64,000 bases of DNA from a virus. A program made the position numbers and the translations under genes. The DNA lies in the IMG/VR virus record IMGVR_UViG_3300025789_000020, one strand, 5' to 3'. Each line of letters begins with the position of its first letter. The first letter of the stretch is position 1. Shown here piece after piece: positions 18,824 through 30,800 of this stretch. The notes beneath the pieces are model-generated. The model saw only the letters and a list, made by a program, of their open reading frames with translations, did not search any database and was not told the DNA's origin.

Positions 18824-21800
18824 TTAATTTCCTTGGTCAAATGTTGTAGTAGTTGAATCAAATGTGCCAACACTTGAATCGAATGTTGAAATAACTGCTG
18901 TCGGTTGTTGCAAATATTTATTGTAATCTGTATACCATATTCCAGGTGTAGCTTTTAAGAATCTAGAAATAGTATTGTTATCATCTAATATGTTAAGAGC
19001 ACCATCCCATGCTGTTCCAGAACGTTTAACAACAGTTACTTGTGTTCCAACAGCTAATTTATTTGTAAGACGTATACTAGACGACACTCCGTTAACTGCA
19101 AAATCTGCATCTAGTTGTACATCACCTTCTGGACTATAAGGTGCAACATTAACATTATGAACTTTATACGGCGATTTCTTTAAGCGAATATTACCAATAA
19201 AGAACTGCCAGTTACTGCTGTCTGTACTGAATTTATCACTACTAGTATGTGCTGTGATACATCTGTAAGTATAGGTGTTTACATTTACTACAACACCTAC
19301 AGGATATAGTACTCCGCTAGTCCATGTTAAACTAGTGTCATACCCGCCTACAAACACTTCAATGTCGTCTGCTTGCAAATATCCTGCTGGGATTGAAGAT
19401 TCATAGCCTGATGCATAGTTCCAATTAGCAGTAGTAGTATATGCTTTTCCAGATGCAATAACTTCAGCCATTGGTGTAATTTGTAAATTAACTATATTAG
19501 TGCCGTCTGATAAAATCTGTTCAACTGTTGTTGTATCAGTGTATGGAATTGTTTCAGATCCGCCGATATCTTGAACAATTGATCCAGCAATATGTAACGG
19601 TGGGGTGCCAGTTCCTAGTGTACCTCTACGTAGTCTGCTTAATACATTACCGTTAAGGGCAAAATATTCAATTCGTTCACCTCGTATTTCAATAATGCCT
19701 GGTTTATTTTGAGAAGGATTAGGAACATCAAAATTACTTGCATCCTTAACAGTAATAATAGTATCATTCCATAGCAAATCATTAACTAAGATAGTTTGCT
19801 TGTTAAGACTTAGTCGTTTATATATTACGCGATTTAGCATATCTTTAAATTGCATATAAGAGATACTAGCCGTTAACACGTTACTACTGAACAGCATTAC
19901 TGAAATATTATCGTTAGCCGCTGGTGCATGTGCTAACTGAATACTATTTCTATCATCATTAACCTTATAGTCAAAACTTGGGATTAACAATGTATTATTT
20001 TGTATAACCCAGACATAATTTTCATCAATCACTGGTCTATCTAATACTATTCGACCATTGCTGATTGCATTGTATGTATAGAATTCTAAAGTATCTGGAG
20101 TTAAACTTAGGTCTGAAGTAACAGTAGTGGTAGTACGTTCAATATCTAAAATATTGTGTTGGTAACTACTAATAATTTCAACCACGCTGTTTATTGCTGG
20201 AGCTGTATTAAATGTAATTGTATTATTTGATGGAGTGTATGAATAATCTGCGCCTGCATTAACGCTTACAACTAGCTGTGTTCCTGTGTAAGTTTTGTAT
20301 GCTGGTTTGCTCAGTTTAATTGTAATTCCACTAATATCAACAATATAATCTTTTCCAAGAATTAGTTCTACGCCATTTGCAATAACTTGAATATTTGTAA
20401 TTGCAAGTACATATGGTCTAAACTTAGTTGGGTCAATTGTATAGTTTAATCTATTATTACCAATAGTAAAATAGCTGTTAGTAGGAGCTCGAAGTATATT
20501 TGATCCTACTCTTACAATAATATTAGATTCGGTTGGAATACTAGTGCCAATTGGATTTGCTAACACAAATGATGTTAAACTACCATTTGGGGTTATACGC
20601 TCTGTCTTTGTAATTGCAAAAGTTTGTTGATTCCCACTAACAATAACAAAATTTATTAACGCACCAGTTACCGGCGGTTTAACAAATCGTATGCCAACTG
20701 CATCAACTAACGAATAACTAGAATCTGTTTTAAATAAATCTGCATTTGTAACTACACCATCAACATATACTAGAGTAGTAATAGAATCAAGCCAAGTTGC
20801 TCGAGTAATAAACTCTTGTGTTATGCCATCACCGACAAAATAGTCAATATCTAAAATATTACTGCCATTAAAACCAATGCTGAATATTCCAATTTCTTGA
20901 CCTGCCGCAGGCACAGTATTAAAAATAACTAGTTTATTACGATAATCAATAGTATAATTATCGATCTGAGTTTCGATTACATTTCCTAATTTTACTATTA
21001 CTGCTTGCGAACTATTAGGTTGTTGAGAGATTGCGTACGATGATGTTATACCATCGCTAAAATATCTATCCACTTTAAAGTTTGCGCTACCTGAACTATT
21101 TTGATCGTATACTTTAATTGCAAGAGTATCAACAACTTGTCCTGGAACTACTTCTTCAGGCGCTGGACTAGATGTAGGAGTTACTAATCCATCACCATCC
21201 ATAATAATATCGTCAGCCGCAAAGCCAGTTGCTGTAGAATAAGCAAGATCACCGCCTGTAATAGCAGTATCATAATCAACATTCTGAGGAGTTACTGATC
21301 CGTCGCTAGTGCTCTTACGGAAAATAAATCTATCTCCAGAAGACACTACAAATTCTGGAGGTAGTTCAACAACGTTAGTGATAACATTATTAATAATTTC
21401 TCCGTCAATTGTTGAATCAGATTGTCCATATACTGTCGATGCTTGACCTGCATCATCAACTGTAGGTGATCCTGTAATTGTAGCACCACCTCCATCTAAT
21501 GGAGTGATTGTCTGGCCAGGACTACCTGCTATAGGAGTATACATCACAGCGTTAAAATTTGTTTGCTGTGCAGTACCGTATTGCGGATCGTCAATTCTAA
21601 CTGGAGATAAAATTCCAGTTATGTTTATAACGCTGCCAGCAGTTACCGCAGTAACTAATATTATTGAACCATTTTTATTAATAGTAACATCAACCGCTGG
21701 TACTAGTGTTCTAGTAAACACTATTGAACTGCCGGTAGGAACATCAACAAAAATAATTTGACTCAGGCTAACTGTAGTTGATGACGGAATTGCTGTAATT

Positions 21801-24800
21801 GTTGTATTATAACTAAATGATGCTGTTGAATTACATGTAACAACGTCACCTATTTTTAATCCATCTGTACTTGCAATAGTAAGTGTAGTTAATCCTGCGC
21901 TATTTACTGTTAAAGAGTGTGTTGCGCTAACTACTGTACGAACAACTGTTACTACTGGTAACTCAGAAAGAACATTATACGCATATGATAATTTAACACC
22001 GTCAGACACATACGAATCTACATTACTCTGTAGATGGTACACATTTATCTGTGTTCCAGCTGTAGGAGTATATGGTAATGTAAATACACGTTGATTGGTT
22101 GATGCTGTTACAATATAATCATCAAATAGAGGGTCAACACTATCCCACTTATCTGAATAATAAGGAAGTGCGTCCCATCCTGAACTAATGTCAAACCCTA
22201 AACCTGTGACAATTACTCCGCCGTAATCAATACCTGTCATTAACTGAGCAAGATCTTTTCCTAAGTTTCCTGAAGAAGTATTATAGTAGTATTGAATACG
22301 ATCTGCTGAAGTTAGCAAGTCCCAATTTTTAATATAGTTAACTATTATTTCTGCACCAACTGGAGGAGGACTAGTGAATGTTATAGATCCTGAATAACTA
22401 GTATATCCCTTAGCCGTAGATGTTACTGTAGTAAGTTTGTATAATTCACGGAGCACTGGTGTGCCGTTTACAGTTACACTAGATTTTCCAATTCGAATAT
22501 CAGGTGCCCATTGTAGTTTATATTGCACTTTAGAACCCGAACCGGTAAATGTTTCAGTATTTTCTAATTGATTAATATAGTATGTTTGTGTCAGTCTATC
22601 AAATTTTACTTTAATCAAAGTTGATCTTACTGGGCTATCCCCAATTATAGCAACCGCTACTGCTGGAGTACCAGTGGCAGTAATACCACCTTTAATTGTT
22701 ACTGTAGGTGCTGACAAGTAACCAGAACCAGGAGTTAACAATATAATTCTGTTTACAACACCGTTAGTATACAAGGCAGTAGCCGTTGCACCAGAACCAC
22801 TATCGCTTGTTATAACAACTGTAGGCTGAGTCACATATCCACTGCCGCCTGAAACTATTTTTAATTCAGTTACAACATATCCTGCGTTATCTAACCAGAA
22901 TTTCCAAGGATATGTTTGAATTGCTGGATCAGACGCTTGTATTGATCCGTTGGCTACATAGGTATTAATTAAGGAAACTTGACCATTTTCATATACTGGT
23001 TGTAAATCAAAATCAGTAACAGCTAATTGTCCAGTATCTAAATTTTCATAGTTACTGATATATTCTCTAATTTTTGTTCTATATGGTTTAACTTCTGCAA
23101 TATAATCTTCAAAGTTACTTAAATTTTCTGGTATGTATGTTACAGGTTGGCTTAATGCCCCTACATTGTGTTCAGCTCTTACAAAACTAGTTTTAAAAAT
23201 CCAATCAATGTAAGATTGTTCACTATGTGCATATCTTACAGCAGTAAAAAATAAATTTAAATATTCTTGTTTTAGTGTGTTAATGAAAATATTATTTTTA
23301 ATAGCATTTAAAATTACACGCAACTCAACTGCCGCTACTGTATCAAAAGATTCACCGTCAAACGTAGAGCCATCATAACCAATACTAGTATCTACAAACT
23401 CATATAATGTAGAATTAAATTGTATAGTTCCGTTTTGTATTCCAACAACACTATATGATAAAGTCCAGTCAACTGATGTTGAGTTAGCATACTTTGTTAG
23501 TAATTCCCAACCTCCAGAATTTGTTGTTCGAACTTTAACAACTTCTCCAACTAGAACAGTTATATTGTTTAATTCTGCAAGAGTTGCAACAGAATGATCT
23601 ACTGCGGTAAACTGTGTGTATCCAGTTGCAAACCAATCAGCGTAACTCCAAAAATTTCTAACATCATATGCCTGTGTTATGATACGTGACCATACTTGAT
23701 TAATTCCGTCATATGAATATATACTCCAATTACCAGTTGCTTGACTATCGCTATGTACTAGTGCCGAGTAATCTCTAATTAAACAACTTGTAGAATCACT
23801 ATATCCAGAACCACTATTAATAACAGTTGCTCCAGTTATTTCTCCTAAGGTGTTAATTGTTGCTTTAACTATTGCACCGCTACCCGTTCCAACTATTGAA
23901 ATATAAGGAGCAATTAAATAGCCTTTACCGGGAGTGGTAATTGTCACACCGACAATTTTTCCATCTACAATCACAGGAACAGCCGATGCTCTTGAATAAG
24001 TTACAACATTTGCAAATCTTAATTCAGCATCTGTATCAAATACAACGTCATACAGACCAGTATTAATATTTGGTTCAGGATCAAATGATTGCAAGCTACT
24101 AATATCACAATTGCTAACAATTTGTTGAGCTATCATGATGTTGTTAGCATATTCAATATACTGTTTAAGAGCTTCAAATCGATTAACAAACATGCCCTGG
24201 CGTGGTCTGTTTTCAATACCATATTTTAATTTAATTGGTAGTGCAGGATCAGGAACTAATCTGCCAGCAGTATCACGCCCGCATAGACTGTCAAACAATT
24301 TCTTTTCAATAACACTAGGAATATTAACAGCTGGGTCATTGCTAATCATTTTCCATTGATTATGAATGTTTTGATCAATTTTATCAACTAGCCAATACTC
24401 TACACTTAATACTACGTTGACATCACTAAGATACTGTTTAGCATTAATCAAACTAAAAGAATTTAGTCCCGTTAATGCTAGGAATGTGTAACCTTGGCCT
24501 CTTGGATTGCCAATTAATGTAGCAACATTTGATGCAGACATGTTTCTGCCTGAAACATTTGGCGTTATTTTTTTGTTCTTTACCCAATAGAAATATGTAA
24601 TTTTAAATTTTTTACTTACATTATCATATACTTGTCTAGTAGAATAAGAATTATCGCCGTACAACGATTTTCCACTAACTCCGGCAGCTACTCCAGGTCC
24701 GGTATCAGCTATTTTATCCCAAGCTGAAGGTAGGAGAGGAGTTTGTACCCACTCATAAATATCAATTGTTGATCCAACTACTAAAGAATTCCATGTAGAA

Positions 24801-27800
24801 TTTCTATAAACTACATCATCTGAATAACTGTCAATAAATTTAGCGGTTCTTAAATCCCACCACAACATGCCTACTTGATCTTTTGACCAAGCTGAGCTTG
24901 TGTCTACGTTGACCGTGGCATCGCCGACAGTATACACTGCTGGATCGTAGAATGTTTTAAATTTGATTTCTTCATCAGCAGGCCCTGGAATTTTTCCTTG
25001 GGCTTGATCGACTACATCTAGGTATGTTATCAGCTGATTAGTGCTTCTATTATACAAGAAAGCCTTTTTAACTTTACTAACATCAGGTTTTAAAATTTCT
25101 TGTTTATAAGTCTGCCAAGAATACTCATTTGGCATTTTACCGTAATAGTACACTCTACCAGAAACATACGATGTTCCTTGATTATCATAATCTAATGCAT
25201 TAGGTGCGCTAACAAATACATGGTTGTCTCCGACTGCAAATCCAGCACCGTATCCATCTAACGCTTGATTCGTTGTAGTTAAACTTTCGCTAAACACCCA
25301 CTTAGTAGAGTAATTATCATAGATATCAATTCTACCACTGTTAATATTTTTAGTTGAAAACGTTGTTGAATTTTTATCAAACGTAGTAACACCATTTGTA
25401 TTAAATGTCATAAACGTTTCAGTGTCGCCATACAGACTATAAACTACTATAGTCTTATAATTATTCATAAATGCAACTTTATTTCCAAATCGACCATTTG
25501 TTTCAGGTTGGTGATCTACTAATGTTTGATACGGAGTTGAACCATAATTTGTTCCATTAAATTTATAAATGTAAACGTTACCAAGTTGTGGAACTAACGG
25601 AGCACTAGCACTGTCGTCTGATATAATTAGATAAGTACCATCATCGGACAGATCAACACTTATTCCAAAGTCTACATTAGAACCGCTGATTAGTTGCTGT
25701 GTGCCAGCTTGTCCGTTAAGAGAATTGAATAGTACTGTTACTGTTCCAGCAACTGTTCCACCTGCGGCAGCTATTACTAATACAGCATTATTATCACTAA
25801 TGGTAATACTACTTCCAAAGTTACTACCGGCAACTGTGCCAGTTATCGGTAGCACCGGCTGATATCGCCAGCCTATCGAAATAAAGTTCAATGCGCCACT
25901 TGGCTCAGAATTAGGACTACCTGTTAAAACTAATGTTGTTGTATTAAGAACTGCTTCAACTTGTTGATTACCTGTGAAGCCAATACCTTGTACATACATT
26001 CCAGGTCTGATACCAACGGTTGAACTTACAACAATTGTACTGATGCCACTTCCGACTGGATTATATCCAGTTGTAGCTTCTAAAAATTCTGTATAGACCA
26101 AACCATAAACTGCACCAGTATTGTTATTATTTCCAATTGCACCGATGAACAAATTATTAGTTCCAAAGGTAATTGTTGATCCAAATTGTTCATTTGCTGA
26201 AATCTCTGGGCTAATAATTGTGTCAACTAGTGTGTAGATATTATTTGTATCTTTAGAATATAAAGAAACTACTCCGTGCTGTGCAGGGCCAACTTGAGGG
26301 CTAACTGTAGACCATGATGCTGAACCAGATGATGGAGGAGTTGGTGCTACCTGTGTAGCAGTCATTGTACCTGTAGATGTTGTTAACAACGCAAAATTAT
26401 TGCCATTGTAAGTATCTGTAATTGTAAATGTGGTGCTGCCAGATATACGCAAGACATAATATGCCTGTGTTGGAATTATTCCGCCAAATGTTGTGCCGAC
26501 TGCAAAGGTTAATCGACGTCCAACTTGTAGGTTAGCTGTAGATGTAGTAGTTAATTCTCCAGTCAATCCGTTGATTGCTGTAATTGTTATTGTAGTTTGT
26601 CCGTAAGTTTGTTGTATTGCTTGATACAACACATCGTTATAGGTAACTAAAGTGTTTAATGGATAAGAGTCGTATTTGCTCCAACTACCTGTTTGAGATA
26701 CTGGAATATAAGGAATTCTTTCCCAATTAACGCTTCCAATAGGATTATCAGATGTTGTAGAAATTGCTTGATAGTATTGTATATTTCCGTCGGACAGCGG
26801 ATCTATAGAAACAATTAAACCAGTACCATATACTGTACCAGTTGCCCATACTCCGACAAAATTGTGAGAAGCATACCCAGCAAGCGGACTGCCAGTTGCC
26901 ATGTATGATCCATCAGGTGAGAACGCAATTACTCTAGCAATATTACTAATTAAATTTAAATTGTTATGAGCAATAAACGGAGGCTGAATTGCTTGTCGTT
27001 GTATCCAAGGAGTTGCAACAGACGCCTTATCATACGTAATAACTTCGCCAATTGCTGTTCCAACCGCAGATATATTACCTGCTTTATTCATAGCAACAGT
27101 TAATCCATATTCTAGATTATTTTGAGGATCGTAGTTATTAATAAAAGACTGCGTATATATAGGATTGTATTTCCAGACAGCCCACTTATTATCGGCATTT
27201 TTATCAGTCCATATTAGCTCATTGTCGTTAATTACTTTAGGTAATATTGAATCTATTGCATCTATTGAACTTGCACGTTGTGACACCAATGCATATACTA
27301 CTAAGTTAGCTGACTGTGTAAACTGGCCAGGAAACCCAGTAATGGTTGCAGATATTGTAAACGAATTCAATGTAACTGATTGTATCTGATAAAAACCTTG
27401 TAGTAATGCCACTTGTGCTAATCCTACATATGATCCAGCTTGCAAATTAACTAAATTTTGTGTAGTAATTGTTAGAATTTTTGTAGTAGCATTATAAGAA
27501 ACTGATTGAACAACCATATTGATATCAGTATATCTATAAACATTCCAATTATTTTTTTCAAATGTAACCCAGACGTATGCACCGTTATTAAATTTTGTAA
27601 TGTCTTGAGAAGTAATATCAGACAACGATTTTAAAGTTAAAAATACATCAGCCGTGTCAACATAACCTGCATCTCGCAAATAAGGATTATATTTAGATAG
27701 TACCGGCCAGGGTTGAGAGTTGTATCCTAATGGTTTTAAATATACATCATTAGGTGTTTGTTGATTGATAAAGACATTTAATGTCGAGTCGTGTTGAGGT

Positions 27801-30800
27801 AATAGCAAATATCCTTGAGGATTATTTCTAAATAATTTTTCATCTAGTACAAATTCTATATTTTCAAAAGAATTACTAGCACCGTATTGCCCAACTCGTA
27901 ACGCCCACTCTTCATAGAACACTAAACTTTCTTTATTTTTGGAACTTAATACGTCAAATAATTTATTAAGAACATTTTGTGTTCCTTTTTCACGAATCAT
28001 ACCTTGATAAAATTTATATTCACTAACATCATCTTGAATAATATTATCTAAGTATTGTCTCTTTTGATAGCCGATTAGATGTTGAGCTACTTTTTGTTGT
28101 GAGGTATCAAAATTATCGTCATCTAAACTATAGAAATCAGTAAACTGAGTTGCTATATTTGTCCAGTTAGGTAATAGTCGAGGAGTTGGTTTTTCAGTAA
28201 GTTTTACCCAATCGCCTGCATTAAAAGTTAATGATCCAGCTACAAAAGATAATGCACTGTAATAAAAACTTTGATGGCTAACTGTGTCACCTAGTGCATA
28301 GTCCTTCCATGGCTCCCATTCTTGTATTATTGCCTGGTCATAGATAAATCCAGGAATATCTAAACCGCCATACCAGCCAGAGGTGATGTATCCAGAAAGT
28401 TTAATTCGTTCTTGTCTGTAACCAGTTTCAGGATTATATATTGTATCATTAAAAATAGTAGTATTATTTAGAATAACTAAATGTTCTATTTGAACTAGAT
28501 AAAAGCTAGCACAATATATCCCGTCTGTTGTTTTAGTATTGTAACTTACTAAATTGTTTTCTCTATAACTATCTAAAAATATTGAACTTAACGGAGTCCC
28601 GTCTACTTTAAAAATTTCATAGTTATTAAATTGATCATTAATATCTTGAACTACAGTTAACGGTGCATTAAATGTTAATTTAGATGCGGCTGGGCTCAAA
28701 CTAATTACTGAACTGCCAATGTCACTTAGCCCGTCTAATTTGTTATACAATGTAGTATCAAATATCGAAGAAGCAGGAATATTAACTACTGCACTATAAT
28801 AATCACCGTTATATCGAACTATATTACCATATGGCACATTAATATTTGGTGTCCAATCTTGCCACTTAGACGTGCTTGCGCTCCAGTTTTGTGTGGTCCA
28901 GAATAAAAATTCTTTTGAACTAGATTCCCAATTGGTAACTGTTCCTAGGTTCTTATTATAATCGTCAAATATGAACCCTTGATCTTTTAACCATTCACCG
29001 TAACCTAGTAAGAAATCTACAACATCTTGTACAGATAAAAATAGTGTACCATAAGGAACAACTACTGAAGTTGTACGGTCCCACTCGCTTCTCAAGGCAG
29101 CGTTGGCACCGCCAATGATTGGAATATCTGGTAATACTTGATAATACGATTGAATAAAAGTATCAGTTGCTGTGTGTGTTGTTTGAACACGATAATAAGC
29201 ATTATTATATTTTACAACTGACCCAGCACCGTATTGTTGAAAAGGTGTCCAGCTAACATATGTTTCTGATATTCCGCCAACATTAATTTTTGCACCAGTT
29301 TTTGTATAGTTGTAGTACTTAAAATAAGGTTGAGTAATACTGTAACCCTTCACTTGATACCCGGTGCTTAATTTTGTAATAATTACACCACTATATGTAA
29401 TCTTGCGAACTGTGCTAGAAGTGTTTAAAACAATATTATAATCTTCAGTTGGCACAAATACACTTCCAGCTGACAGCGGAGTTTTAGAATCTAGTAATAG
29501 ATTAAATTGATCTTTGTTAGTGAATGATCCTACACGATATGACAATCGCGGAACCATTGTAGTCAATTCAGTTTGATATGTATTATACGATTTGATATTA
29601 TTACTAAAAGTAAAATGTAAAATATAATCAATTATATAATTTATAATTCCAGCAGTCTGTACTCGAGTACTACTAGAATAAATGCTCGGTAACACAACAT
29701 CAGCAGGACGGATTCTTAAACCTGTGTCTGCGTTTATTAATTGTCCAGCTAGGTTACGAACAATACGGGATCTATCTAGTAACACTCCGAATGTTTGAGA
29801 TGGTGTTAATAGCATTGATGCAACTAATACACTAAATGGATAATAACTACTGCGGCGCCAAGCGGCTTCTACAGGGCTAACATCGCCAAATACAAAATTA
29901 TTGTCAGTTGATACTGTAAAGATTCCCGATGCTAGTCCAGATATTGCAGGACTAACAATATTTCCAGATTCGTCAACTGGGATATGTTGCATTAAAAATG
30001 GTTTAGCATACTGCGGTAGATAAACTGGAGGTACTCCTGGTTCTCTAACCATGCCATCATTAATGTCTTGCCACATAGGCAAGTTGTCGCTAGTATAAGG
30101 TGCTAGGCCATACAATGATGTCCACCAAGTTGGCTCAATACTAAAACCTAACATTTCCCAAGGGCACAAATTAGGTCTATCAGTATCTAACATCCATCTG
30201 TAAATGCCTCTCCAATATCCTGGAACATTACTACCATTAGGGGAGCTATGCCCAGTGTAGTTATATGTAAAAGAATTACTTCGATCGTAACTTAACGGCT
30301 TAGTAAAATCTACTCCTACTAAACCAGTCCATTTATAAAAATTTGGAGCTAATACTTGATTAAATTCGTCAACACTATACGAATTAGTTCTATTGTAGCT
30401 AGGAATAATTGTAGCTAAATCAAAAATACTAGTATCATAATTGACTTTAATATTATTAAAAATTCTTTTTTCAAATTCTAAAAGTATACCATCACGGAAA
30501 TCAGATGTGCTATTAGCACCGTAAGTACCATATGCTAATATTTGACTGCCGTCATGTCCTTGTATCATCCATCGCGGAGTTACAAACGAAGTATCTAAGT
30601 ATAATTTAGGTTCATATTTAGGCCAGAATCCTAACTTAGTAGGAGTTTCGGGAATGAAACACCCATCAGTACTTTCATATTCATATGTTGTAATTACATC
30701 ACCGTTTGCCAATGTTGCAGACACATTTATAAAATTCTGGTCAACAAATGTATAATCACGTCCATGTATTAGTTGTGTACCGTTTAAGTAAACGCCTACT